This document shows positions 16,892 to 26,256 of a stretch of 64,000 nt of DNA, one piece after another. Source of the DNA: Clostridia bacterium. Its GTDB lineage: Bacteria; Bacillota; Clostridia; Oscillospirales; CAG-272. Made by a program: the position numbers and the translations under genes. The stretch's first letter is position 1. Each line of letters starts with the position of its first letter. The notes below the pieces were generated by a model. It did no database searches and was not told the origin of the DNA. It saw nothing but the letters and a program-made list of their open reading frames with translations. The stretch covers positions 149,781 to 213,780 of the forward strand of contig JAFTZH010000035.1 in assembly GCA_017464565.1 (NCBI GenBank), written 5' to 3'.

Positions 16892-17962
16892 TCAATTTTC
16901 CAAAACCGCGCGGGCAATACCCAGCGCCTCCCCGCAATCACCGCATATATCGTGCAAAGCGAGATACAAGCCCTTCGCGAACACCCTGTGGTGCGCGGCA
17001 AAAAGCGGCTCGTTCGTATCAGTTCCCCCAAAGCGAAGCAGCTTTAAGGGATACACCGCGGCTATTTTTTTTATTTTGTCGGCGATCAAATCGCTCGTAT
17101 CTCCGCACTCGTACAAGACTCCGCAAAGAACCTTGACGCGGGAGCTTCCCGACGGGTATTCTCCGCACAGCCCGCGGGCGGCTCTTACAATACAGTCTCC
17201 CGAAGCGAAAACACGAATACTCGGAAGCACGCCTCTGCCGGAAAAATATTTTATAAGCTTTTCGGCGGAGGAATAGTTGCCGCCAATATTCAGCCAAAGA
17301 CGAATATTGCGCTTTTTCATTTTTTCACACAAGGAATAAAGCAGTCCGCTGACGAGCATATCCCTGCCCGAGACGCCGTCCTCGAAAAAAGCCGAGAACG
17401 CCTCCTCGCAATGAAATTTATCGCTTCTTAAAAATTCAACGTCGGAGATATCGGCAATAACGGCGGTCTCTTCGTCAGCTCCGTCAAGCGCTTCAAAATT
17501 TCGTTCGAGAAGCTCGGTATAGCTTACGCAGCCGCAAAGCCGAGGCAAACGAATGCTCTTGCCCTTTTCCGCTCCAAGCGTATCAAGACCGTTTTCCGCA
17601 AAGCTCATCTTTTCACAGCACAAAGTCCAAAGCGCTTGCGGCGAAATATAGTAAGAATCTATATCCTCCTCGGTAAACAGCCTTACCTTTTCGGCAAAGA
17701 CCTCGGCAACACCGCTTCCCGAAAAGCAAAGCCGATTATTAACGAAGGCGGCGAACCGCTCGTAATCCGACATTTTTTCAAAAGGAAGCCCGCTCTCATC
17801 CGAGCACAGCCGAACAAATCTTTCCTCTTCTCCGCCTATAAGCATTTCGGCGGGATTTGAGAATTGAGCGCGCTTTTCGTCAAAGGAAGAAAAATAGTCT
17901 CTCGTCCGAATAGACAATATATCCTCGTATAATTCTGCCGATTCTTCAAAACCGCAAAGCAT
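16892..17962 (-). CDS. hypothetical protein (356 aa)
   Basis: Strong RBS GGAGGAGAGG. No motif I can assign. Only a vague C-terminal resemblance to uronate-isomerase-like folds (not relied on). Confidence 0.5.
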   Translation of the reverse strand: MLCGFEESAELYEDILSIRTRDYFSSFDEKRAQFSNPAEMLIGGEEERFVRLCSDESGLPFEKMSDYERFAAFVNNRLCFSGSGVAEVFAEKVRLFTEEDIDSYYISPQALWTLCCEKMSFAENGLDTLGAEKGKSIRLPRLCGCVSYTELLERNFEALDGADEETAVIADISDVEFLRSDKFHCEEAFSAFFEDGVSGRDMLVSGLLYSLCEKMKKRNIRLWLNIGGNYSSAEKLIKYFSGRGVLPSIRVFASGDCIVRAARGLCGEYPSGSSRVKVLCGVLYECGDTSDLIADKIKKIAAVYPLKLLRFGGTDTNEPLFAAHHRVFAKGLYLALHDICGDCGEALGIARAVLEN

Positions 17963-18073
17963 ATCTTTCCTCTCCTCCGCAAAGCTTTTATAAAATTATA
18001 TCAGATATTTTCTCATTTTGCAATAACCGTATCAAAATATGCTCGCGGGAAGGGATAAATTTCTTCAAAAGTA

Positions 18074-18102
18074 TAGACTTTGAGGCGCTTATGTGATATA
18101 AT
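18074..18102 (+). promoter_or_regulatory. sigma-A promoter (extended -10) for the MBL-gltX-glnS transcription unit
   Basis: TAGACT (18074-18079), 17-nt spacer, TGaTATAAT (-10 at 18097-18102). Confidence 0.55.
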
Positions 18103-18113
18103 ATAATGTAATA

Positions 18114-18752
18114 TTGATTTATGGCGGTGATATTTTGAAGATATTTGCGGTATGTCCCGAGTCGTTCGGAGCCAATACCTACCTCTTAATATCGGGTAAT
18201 CACGCGCTCGTTGTGGATCCCGCGGTGTCGGTAAACGCGATAAAGACGGTTGCCGACCGTGAGGGAGCCGTTATTGAGGGAATAATTCTCACGCACGGGC
18301 ATTTTGACCATATAGTCTCGCTTGATACTCTCCGCGCCGAGCTTAATATCGGAGCGATGATACACAAGGACGACGCCCCGATGCTGACCGACGGAAAAAA
18401 GAACGCCTTCTTCACATTTTTCGGAAGGGACAGAGCATACGCTCCCGCGCAGACTCTCCTTGACGACGGCGAGGAAATCTCCCTCGGAGACGAGATAATA
18501 AAGGTCGTTCACACCCCCGGGCACTCACCCGGCTCGGTCTGCTACCACTGCGGAGATTTTATGCTGACGGGAGACACTTTGTTTTCCGATAACGTCGGCA
18601 GATGCGACCTTTGGGGAGGATGTGAGGACGCACTCCTGACCTCGCTTAACAAGCTCTCCGAATATGACCGCAAAATAAAAATATACCCCGGGCACGCCGG
18701 CTCGGCGCTTCTCGGAGACGCGCTTGACAACGCGGCTTATTTCAGACGATAA
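18114..18752 (+). CDS. MBL-fold metallo-hydrolase (glyoxalase II-like)
   Basis: HxHxDH motif THGHFDH, later HTPGHSPG. Start uncertain: the track start is TTG 18114, only 12 nt after the -10. TTG 18135, preceded by GGCGGTGA, is more plausible. Confidence 0.8.
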   Translation: MIYGGDILKIFAVCPESFGANTYLLISGNHALVVDPAVSVNAIKTVADREGAVIEGIILTHGHFDHIVSLDTLRAELNIGAMIHKDDAPMLTDGKKNAFFTFFGRDRAYAPAQTLLDDGEEISLGDEIIKVVHTPGHSPGSVCYHCGDFMLTGDTLFSDNVGRCDLWGGCEDALLTSLNKLSEYDRKIKIYPGHAGSALLGDALDNAAYFRR

Positions 18753-18767
18753 CGAAAGGACAAAATT

Positions 18768-20414
18768 ATGTATAATAAAAAGCTTGCCGACCTTCTATTT
18801 CCAAACGTAACAAAAACACCCGAGGAGGTAGACGCCGAGTTTCCTCTGCGCGGCCTTCCCGAAGGCGCGGTAGTATCGAGAATGGCTCCGAGCCCCACGG
18901 GCTTCGTTCACCTCGGAAATCTCGTGCAGGGACTTACCTCTGAGAGAATGACTCACCAATCGGGCGGTGTTCTCTTTCTTCGAGTCGAGGACACCGACGC
19001 GAAGCGTGAGGTTCCGGGGGCGGTCGAAACTCTTATCGAAAGCCTCGCTCACTACAATATAGTTTTCGACGAGGGCGCTACTATCGACGGAGACAACGGC
19101 GCCTTCGGCCCCTACCGACAGCGTCAGCGCAAGGATATATACCACGTTTTCGCAAAGCACCTCGTGGCCGAGGGTATGGCTTACCCCTGCTTCTGTACCG
19201 AGGAAGAGCTTGAGGAGATACACAAAGCGCAGGAAGCCGAAAAGGCAAATTTCGGATATTTCGGCAAATGGGCGAAGTGGCGCGGCCGTTCTATTGAGAA
19301 TATTGAGGAAATGCTCGGCAAGGGTATGCCTTGGGTACTGCGCTTCCGCTCCGAAGGAAGTATCGAAAACAAGATAAAATTCACCGACCTTATAAAAGGA
19401 AATCTCGAGCTTACCGAGAACGATATCGACCACGTTCTGCTGAAATCCGACGGTATACCGACCTATCATTTCGCGCACGCGGTAGACGACCACCTAATGA
19501 GAACGACTCACGTGGTAAGAGGAGACGAATGGCTGCCTACGCTTCCCTTCCATCTCCAGCTTTTCCGCGCACTCGGATATAAGCCCCCGAAATATCTGCA
19601 CATAGGTCCTCTTATGAAAATGGACGGCACCTCAAAAAGAAAGCTCTCAAAGCGTAAAGACCCCGAGCTTGCTCTCACCTATTACAAGGCGGAGGGATAT
19701 CCCGTCGAGGCGGTCTACGAGTATATTATGACTATACTCAACTCAAACTATGAGGACTGGAGACGCGCCAATCCTTATGCGCCGACCTCCGAATTCAAAT
19801 TTTCTTATAAGAAGATGAATCCCGCAGGTTCGCTTTTCGACGTGGCGAAGCTCCGCGACGTTTCAAAGAACGTAATATCGCTTATGAGCGCGGAGCAGGT
19901 ATACGATTACGTGTCGGCTTGGGCACTTGAATACGACCCCGATTTCGCGAAGGTGTTCACGAAAGATCCAGATTTTTCAAAGGCTATCCTCTCAATAGGC
20001 AGAGGAGGCAAAAAGCCCCGCAAGGATATCGCGGTATGGAGTGAGGTAAAGGCTTACGTAAGCTTCTTCTTCGACGAATATTTCAGAATAGAGGACTCTT
20101 ATCCCGAAGCCTCGGACAAAGCCGATATAAAAGCCGCGCTTGAAGCGTTCTGCGAAAGCTTTGACACAAACGACGATATGAACGCTTGGTTCGACAAAAT
20201 AAAAGCTATCGCAGACAGTCTCGGATACGCCTCCGATATGAAGGCGTACAAAAACGACCCCACAGCCTTCCGCGGAAGCGTCGCTGACGTAAGTATGTTC
20301 CTGCGGGTTGCCGTAACGGGCAGACTCAACTCCCCCGATATGTATTCGGTAATGCAGCTTCTCGGCGCAGAAAAAATAAAGCAGAGGATAGCGGATATCT
20401 GCTCATCACTCTAA
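18768..20414 (+). CDS. gltX: glutamate--tRNA ligase
   Basis: 548 aa class I aaRS. HIGH-type PSPTGFVHLGN, KMSKS-type KLSKRK. Confidence 0.88.
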   Translation: MYNKKLADLLFPNVTKTPEEVDAEFPLRGLPEGAVVSRMAPSPTGFVHLGNLVQGLTSERMTHQSGGVLFLRVEDTDAKREVPGAVETLIESLAHYNIVFDEGATIDGDNGAFGPYRQRQRKDIYHVFAKHLVAEGMAYPCFCTEEELEEIHKAQEAEKANFGYFGKWAKWRGRSIENIEEMLGKGMPWVLRFRSEGSIENKIKFTDLIKGNLELTENDIDHVLLKSDGIPTYHFAHAVDDHLMRTTHVVRGDEWLPTLPFHLQLFRALGYKPPKYLHIGPLMKMDGTSKRKLSKRKDPELALTYYKAEGYPVEAVYEYIMTILNSNYEDWRRANPYAPTSEFKFSYKKMNPAGSLFDVAKLRDVSKNVISLMSAEQVYDYVSAWALEYDPDFAKVFTKDPDFSKAILSIGRGGKKPRKDIAVWSEVKAYVSFFFDEYFRIEDSYPEASDKADIKAALEAFCESFDTNDDMNAWFDKIKAIADSLGYASDMKAYKNDPTAFRGSVADVSMFLRVAVTGRLNSPDMYSVMQLLGAEKIKQRIADICSSL

Positions 20415-20454
20415 TCTAATAACTTTTCCAAACTGAAAGGACGTTAATAAACCT

Positions 20455-22113
20455 ATGGAAGAAATCACAGGCAATTTTATACACGACATTATAGACGCCG
20501 ACCTCAGAGAAGACCCCAACATAAAGATTCACACCCGTTTTCCGCCCGAGCCTAACGGATATCTTCACATCGGCTCCGCAAAGGCTATCCTTATAAACTA
20601 CGAAACGGCAAAAAAATACGGCGGTCTTTTCAACCTCAGATACGACGATACCAACCCCGCAAAGGAGGACAACGAGTACGTTGAGGCTATTTACGAGGAT
20701 CTTTGCTGGCTCGGAGCTACTCCGAGCGGAGGCGTATTCTACGGCTCGGATTATTTTGACAAATGCTACGAATTTGCGGTAAAGCTTATAAAGGACGGAA
20801 AGGCGTACGTCTGCGACTTGAGCGCCGAGGAGATGAAGGAATACCGCGGAACGCTCACGACAGCGGGCAAGGACAGCCCTTACAGAAACAGAAGCGTGGA
20901 GGAAAATCTCGACCTCTTTGAGCGTATGAAAAACGGCGAGTTTCCCGACGGAGCGAAAACTCTGCGCGCGAAGATAGATATGTCCTCTTCAAACCTCAAT
21001 ATGCGCGACCCCGCCATATACCGAATAGTTCACACCTCTCATCACCGTCAAGGCGACAAGTGGTGCATCTATCCGCTTTACGACTACGCGCACCCAATCC
21101 AAGACGCGCTTGAGGGCATAACCTATTCCCTCTGCTCGCTTGAATTTGAAAATCACAGACCTCTCTACGAGTGGGTCATAGACAATATCGGAATTTTCGA
21201 TCCCAAGCCGAAGCAGAGAGAATTCGCGAGACTTAACGTAACCAATACCGTTATGTCAAAGAGATATCTGCGCTATCTCGTCGAGAACGATATGGTGGAC
21301 GGCTGGGACGATCCGCGCCTCCCCACTATCTGCGCGCTTCGCCGCAGGGGCTACACTCCCTCCTCTATCTTCAATTTTGTAAGAGCGGCGGGAATATCCA
21401 AGGCAAACAGCCTCGTGGACATAGATATGCTCGAGCACTCTATCCGCGAGGAGCTTAACGCGGCGGCTCCGAGACGCATAGCGATAGAAAATCCGATAAA
21501 GGTAGTCATCACGAACTACCCCGAGGATAAGGTGGAATATTTCGAGTTGCCCAATAATCCCCAAAACCCCGATGCGGGAACGAGAGCGCTTCCCTTCACG
21601 AGAGAGCTGTATATAGACGCATCCGATTTTGCCGAGGTACCGCCTCCCAAGTTCTTCAGACTCAAGCCCGATTCCGAGGTAAGACTTATGGGAGCGTATA
21701 TCATAAAATGCGGCGAGATAGTAAAGAACGAGGACGGAAGCATAAAAGAGATACGCTGTACCGCGGACCTTGAGACGAGAAACGGAAACCCTGCCGACGG
21801 CAGAAAGATAAAGGGTACTATCCATTGGCTCTCTCTCCCCTACGCGAAGGACGCTGCCCTTATGCTGTACGACAAGCTCTTCACCATTGAGAATGTCAAC
21901 GCTATCCCCGAGGATAAGACCTACAACGACTATCTCAACCCAGCGTCCCTTACTGTCGTTGAAAACGCCAAGGTTGAGGCGTCGCTGATTGACTCCGAGG
22001 CGGGAGAAAAATTCCAATTCGTCAGAAACGGATATTTCTGCAAGGACACGAAGCACCCCAACACCTTCAACCGCATAGTCGGTCTAAAGGACAGCTATCC
22101 CAAAAAGCAGTAA
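20455..22113 (+). CDS. glnS: glutamine--tRNA ligase
   Basis: 552 aa. RFPPEPNGYLHIGSAKA (HIGH), VMSKR (KMSKS), C-terminal beta-barrel anticodon-binding region typical of GlnRS. Confidence 0.9.
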   Translation: MEEITGNFIHDIIDADLREDPNIKIHTRFPPEPNGYLHIGSAKAILINYETAKKYGGLFNLRYDDTNPAKEDNEYVEAIYEDLCWLGATPSGGVFYGSDYFDKCYEFAVKLIKDGKAYVCDLSAEEMKEYRGTLTTAGKDSPYRNRSVEENLDLFERMKNGEFPDGAKTLRAKIDMSSSNLNMRDPAIYRIVHTSHHRQGDKWCIYPLYDYAHPIQDALEGITYSLCSLEFENHRPLYEWVIDNIGIFDPKPKQREFARLNVTNTVMSKRYLRYLVENDMVDGWDDPRLPTICALRRRGYTPSSIFNFVRAAGISKANSLVDIDMLEHSIREELNAAAPRRIAIENPIKVVITNYPEDKVEYFELPNNPQNPDAGTRALPFTRELYIDASDFAEVPPPKFFRLKPDSEVRLMGAYIIKCGEIVKNEDGSIKEIRCTADLETRNGNPADGRKIKGTIHWLSLPYAKDAALMLYDKLFTIENVNAIPEDKTYNDYLNPASLTVVENAKVEASLIDSEAGEKFQFVRNGYFCKDTKHPNTFNRIVGLKDSYPKKQ

Positions 22114-22130
22114 TCATCAACTTAAATTTC

Positions 22131-22161
22131 ACGCCGAATATTAAAATCTAATATTCGGCGT
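22131..22161 (+). terminator. hairpin after glnS
   Basis: ACGCCGAATATT-AAAATCT-AATATTCGGCGT. No clear U-tail. Confidence 0.45.
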
Positions 22162-22184
22162 ACGATTGAGAAAGGTATGAAATT

Positions 22185-22454
22185 ATGAAATATTTTTTGG
22201 CTTACTTGGCGGTCATCTCGGTTATCTCGATTATAGTCTGCTGTTACGATAAATTTGCCTCAAAGCATATGCAGCGCCACCGCACGAGAGAGGCGTCTCT
22301 CCTTATCCTCTCGGCGCTCGGAGGCTCCATAGCTATGTTCGTTACTATGCTCATAATAAGACACAAAACCAAGCACGCAAAATTTATGGTGGGTATTCCC
22401 GTCATAATCGTGCTTCAGATTGCGGCGGCTTTCCTCATAGGCAAGCTTTTCTAA
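22185..22454 (+). CDS. DUF1294 family small membrane protein
   Basis: 89 aa. ...DKFASKHMQRHRTREASLLILSALGGSIAMFVTMLIIRHKTKHAKF is typical of DUF1294. Confidence 0.7.
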   Translation: MKYFLAYLAVISVISIIVCCYDKFASKHMQRHRTREASLLILSALGGSIAMFVTMLIIRHKTKHAKFMVGIPVIIVLQIAAAFLIGKLF

Positions 22455-22485
22455 AAAACAAAACCTTGAAAGGTACGGTAAACGA

Positions 22486-24105
22486 ATGAATCAGGACTTT
22501 TCAAATTTCAGTTTGATTTTTCCAAACGCCGATACTCAGCAAAAGCATTACGGAGGTATCGACGTTCCCGACATAGATATGTTCACGCTCGACGAATTGG
22601 GTCTGCTTGAGATATTCAGCCTCAAAAACAGCGACCTCGACGAATATTTTACTACCGATATATCGGTGATAAAGCACCGTAACGACGTATTTGCGGATAT
22701 GCTCGAATGTCCCGAAATATCGAAAACGCTCAATAGGCTTATCCCTATACTTACCGACGTTATGGAGCTCCGCAGGCTTGAGGCGGACAATGGCGATACC
22801 TCCTCGTATCTTGAAAGCATTACGGAAATAGAGCTTTATATCTCTTGTATAGAAACGCTTCACGAGGGACTTGGAGCGGTACGCGACAAGCTCCGCAGCA
22901 AATCCTTCGTTGCTCTCGCCGACCGCATATCCGAGCTTGCCGAAAGCGAATACTACGCTGACCTCAACGCCAAGCTCTCCGAGCTTACCAACCGTGTACG
23001 CGATATAAAAAGCGTTACTATCGGCGTCAATCTCGACGCGCAGCTCCGACCCTCAAGCGCGGGAGTGCTCTCCATAAACTCCGAGACCTTCCGTTCGGGA
23101 GACGTGCTTGACAAGATACTCCGCCTCAACTTTAAGGACAACGAGTATACCTGTATCGCTAATCTCGTTCCCTTTGGAAAAAAACAATCGGAAAACCAAA
23201 AAACCGCTCTGTCTCTCGCTTTCAATTCGGCAATAAACGAGGTTTACAAGCAATCTCTGCGTTCCTGGAAGCGTATAGTACAGTCCTACGTTCTTGAAAA
23301 CACCGATTTTCTTCTCAATCTTATGCCCGAGATAGAATTTCTCGTCAAGGGAACCGAATTTATGCGCCGTCTGCTTGACAAGGGCTGTGCGCTGTGTATT
23401 CCAAACGCGGCCGAAGCCGACGAGCGTTGCTTCTCTGCTAAAGGCTTATATAATCCCTGCGTAGCGTTTAAGGTTGACGATGAGATAGTCGCCAACGATG
23501 TTGATTTTGATCTTGACAACGCGCTTATATACGTTCTCACGGGTCCCAACAGAGGCGGAAAATCAGTAATTACCTGTGCCGTCGGAATAGCGCAGGCGCT
23601 TATGCAGCTTGGAATGTTCGTTCCCGCCGACAGTATCAGAATAAGCGTTTCGGACGCTATCTTCACTCACTTCCCTACGGGAGCCGACGACACCATAGAC
23701 AAGGGACGTCTTGGAGAGGAATGTGCGCGGCTCGGAGAAATATTCGATAACGTAACGAGCCACAGCCTCGTCCTGCTTGACGAATCGCTTTCGTCCACGG
23801 GCGCGTTTGAGGCCTCCTATATAGCGGCAGAGGTGCTTGCCGGCTTCAGCCGCGTCGGCTGCCGATGCCTCTTCTCAACGCACCTTCACGAGCTTGCATC
23901 GGAAATAGACAGTATCAACGCCCGCACCGCATCCTGCGGAGGAGTTGCTATAGATACCTTGGTTGCGGGAATCGAGGAGGGTAAACGCTCCTTTAAGATA
24001 GTCCGAGCCAAGCCCGACGGAAAGAGCTACGCCCGCGATATCGCGGATAAGTACGGACTTTCGTATGAAAGCATTTTGAAGAAGATAAACCAAGAAAGGA
24101 ATTAG
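22486..24105 (+). CDS. MutS-related ATPase (MutS domain V only; no mismatch-binding or Smr domain evident)
   Basis: 539 aa. Walker A GPNRGGKSV, Walker B LVLLDESLSSTG, FSTHLHEL. N-terminal ~330 aa unassigned. Confidence 0.75.
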   Translation: MNQDFSNFSLIFPNADTQQKHYGGIDVPDIDMFTLDELGLLEIFSLKNSDLDEYFTTDISVIKHRNDVFADMLECPEISKTLNRLIPILTDVMELRRLEADNGDTSSYLESITEIELYISCIETLHEGLGAVRDKLRSKSFVALADRISELAESEYYADLNAKLSELTNRVRDIKSVTIGVNLDAQLRPSSAGVLSINSETFRSGDVLDKILRLNFKDNEYTCIANLVPFGKKQSENQKTALSLAFNSAINEVYKQSLRSWKRIVQSYVLENTDFLLNLMPEIEFLVKGTEFMRRLLDKGCALCIPNAAEADERCFSAKGLYNPCVAFKVDDEIVANDVDFDLDNALIYVLTGPNRGGKSVITCAVGIAQALMQLGMFVPADSIRISVSDAIFTHFPTGADDTIDKGRLGEECARLGEIFDNVTSHSLVLLDESLSSTGAFEASYIAAEVLAGFSRVGCRCLFSTHLHELASEIDSINARTASCGGVAIDTLVAGIEEGKRSFKIVRAKPDGKSYARDIADKYGLSYESILKKINQERN

Positions 24106-24108
24106 GCT

Positions 24109-24588
24109 ATGAAAAATAAAATTCTTAAGCTTCTCGAGGGCGACGCTCGTCTTACCGACAAACAGCTCGCTATAATGCTCGGCGTCGATGAAGCAGAGAT
24201 AAGAAAAGAAATAGATTCTCTTGAAAAAAGCGGAACTATTCTCGGATATAAAACCATCGTAGACTGGGAAAAGACCGAACGTGAATCGGTTACCGCTATG
24301 ATAGAAGTCAAGCTCACGCCCCAACGGGACAGAGGCTTTGACAGGGTTGCCGAGAAAATATACAATTACCCCGAGGTTCAGGCGGTATATCTTATGTCGG
24401 GTGCTTACGACCTCTCGGTTCTTATCGAGGGAAAAACGATGAAGGAGGTCGCTTATTTCGTCTCGCAGAAGCTCTCCACGATAGACTCGGTAACCTCAAC
24501 CGCTACCCATTTCGTTCTCCACAAATACAAGGACAAGGGTATTCTTTACGACGCTCCCGAAGCTGACGAAAGGGGGACCTTCAACTGA
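24109..24588 (+). CDS. Lrp/AsnC family transcriptional regulator
   Basis: 159 aa. N-terminal wHTH (ILKLLEGDARLTDKQLAIMLGVDEAEI) plus a RAM/AsnC_trans_reg domain. Confidence 0.85.
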   Translation: MKNKILKLLEGDARLTDKQLAIMLGVDEAEIRKEIDSLEKSGTILGYKTIVDWEKTERESVTAMIEVKLTPQRDRGFDRVAEKIYNYPEVQAVYLMSGAYDLSVLIEGKTMKEVAYFVSQKLSTIDSVTSTATHFVLHKYKDKGILYDAPEADERGTFN

Positions 24589-25754
24589 TGATAGATTATA
24601 GCAAAGTATTATCTCAAACTGTGGTGAACACCCCCAAATCGGGTATACGCAAGTTCTTTGATTTGATGAACACGATGAGCGACGTCGTCGGTCTTACCGT
24701 CGGCGAACCCGATTTTCAGACGCCTTGGCATATCCGCGAGGCAGGTATCGAGAGCCTTGAAAAAGGCAGAACCTATTACACCGCCAATGCGGGGCTTATG
24801 GAGCTTCGTTCCGAAATAAACAATTATATGTCCCGCCGCTTCGGTGTTTCTTACGAGCCCGAAAAGGAAGTCATCGTTACCGTGGGCGGAAGCGAAGCTA
24901 TTGATATAGCTTTCCGTTCGGTCATCGAGCCGGGGGACGAGATAATCGTTCCCACCCCTTCCTTCGTTTGCTACGCTCCTCTCGCAAAAATGTCGGGTGC
25001 TGTTCCCGTAATTTTGGAAACCAAGCTTGAGGATAATTTCAAGATAAATCCCGAAGCGCTCAAGGCGGCTATTACGAGCAAGACTAAAATGCTCGTACTT
25101 CCCTACCCCAACAACCCGACCGGCGCTATTATGACGAAAGGCGAGCTTGAAGAAATTGCGGCGATACTCCGCGGCACAAATATCCTCGTGCTTTCCGACG
25201 AGATATACGCCGAGCTTACCTATACGGGTACGCATTGTTCTATCGCTTCCCTTGAAGGAATGAAAGAGCGCACTATCATCGCCAGCGGATTTTCAAAGGC
25301 TTACGCTATGACGGGCTGGAGACTCGGATATATCTGCGCTCCCGCGCCTCTTGCGGAGCAAATGCTCAAAATACATCAGTACGGAATTATGTCCTCTCCG
25401 ACGACCTCGCAGTTTGCGGCTGTCGAGGCACTGAAAAACGGAGACGACGATATAAAGATGATGCGCGACGAATATAACCGCCGCCGCAGATATATCTATA
25501 ACGGTCTTAAAAGTATTGGAATTGAATCGTTTGAGCCTGAGGGCGCATTTTACATATTCCCAAGAATAAGCGATTTCGGTCTTTCGGGTGAGGAGTTCTG
25601 TAATAAGCTTCTATACGACTACAAATGCGCTATCGTTCCCGGAAGCGCTTTCGGAGAAGCCGGCAATAACTTTGCTCGTATTTCATACGCTTACTCCATA
25701 AAGCACATAACTCAAGCCCTCGAACGCATCGAAGCCTTCGTCAAATCGCTGTGA
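24588..25754 (+). CDS. class I/II pyridoxal-phosphate aminotransferase (aspartate/aromatic type)
   Basis: 388 aa. PLP-lysine motif SGFSKAYAMTGWRLGY. TGATG stop/start overlap with the Lrp gene. Confidence 0.85.
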   Translation: MIDYSKVLSQTVVNTPKSGIRKFFDLMNTMSDVVGLTVGEPDFQTPWHIREAGIESLEKGRTYYTANAGLMELRSEINNYMSRRFGVSYEPEKEVIVTVGGSEAIDIAFRSVIEPGDEIIVPTPSFVCYAPLAKMSGAVPVILETKLEDNFKINPEALKAAITSKTKMLVLPYPNNPTGAIMTKGELEEIAAILRGTNILVLSDEIYAELTYTGTHCSIASLEGMKERTIIASGFSKAYAMTGWRLGYICAPAPLAEQMLKIHQYGIMSSPTTSQFAAVEALKNGDDDIKMMRDEYNRRRRYIYNGLKSIGIESFEPEGAFYIFPRISDFGLSGEEFCNKLLYDYKCAIVPGSAFGEAGNNFARISYAYSIKHITQALERIEAFVKSL

Positions 25755-25786
25755 GATTGATATGAGTTAATGATTTAATAGCAGCA

Positions 25787-26233
25787 GGGGGAGGGAGAAA
25801 CTTTTTACAAAAAGTTTCTCCCTCCCCCTGCAACCCCCTCCCTCTTCAAAAATTTTTAAAAGTTGGGAACGTTTTTATCTTTTATTTTGCTTTCTGCGTA
25901 ATGTAAGTAGGAAGCAGAACAAAAAATCAAAACGTACCCTATACTTTTAAGTTTCTTGAAAGAGGTGGGGTTAAGGGGAGAAAAAGACTTTTTAAAAAAG
26001 TTTCTTCCTCCCTCTTCAAAAATCTTTAAAACTTGGGATATTTTTATCTTTTATTTTGCTTTCTGCGTAATGTAAGTAGGAAGCAGAACAAAGAGTCAAA
26101 ACGTACTCAACACATTTAAGTTTCTTGAAAGAGGTGGGGTTAAGGGGAGGAGAGAACTTCTTGCAAGAAGTTCTCTCCTCCCCTTAATATTTAATACAAT
26201 TCAGGGAGTGCCTTTTTGCAAAAAGGCACTCCC
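25787..26233. repeat. non-coding nest of four GGGAG-clamped palindromes interleaved with two tandem ~142-nt units (period 170 bp), each a long imperfect inverted repeat
   Basis: Palindromes at 25787-25828, 25975-26012 (degenerate), 26144-26183 (perfect 40-mer) and 26204-26233. Direct repeat copies at 25838-25980 and 26008-26149, differing by about ten substitutions plus one 1-nt indel in my hand alignment. Confidence 0.85.
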
Positions 26234-26256
26234 CATCAATTATACTATCTAACTAA

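Noticed and set aside
18768-22113. Adjacent gltX and glnS as an anomaly (GlnRS in a Firmicute)
   Set aside because: Many Clostridia encode a bona fide GlnRS. Both genes have intact class I signatures and native composition, so this alone is not evidence of anything unusual.
25787-26233. Possible CRISPR array
   Set aside because: Only two long (~142 nt) repeat copies. The intervening sequences are palindromes related to each other rather than unique spacers. No cas genes are nearby.
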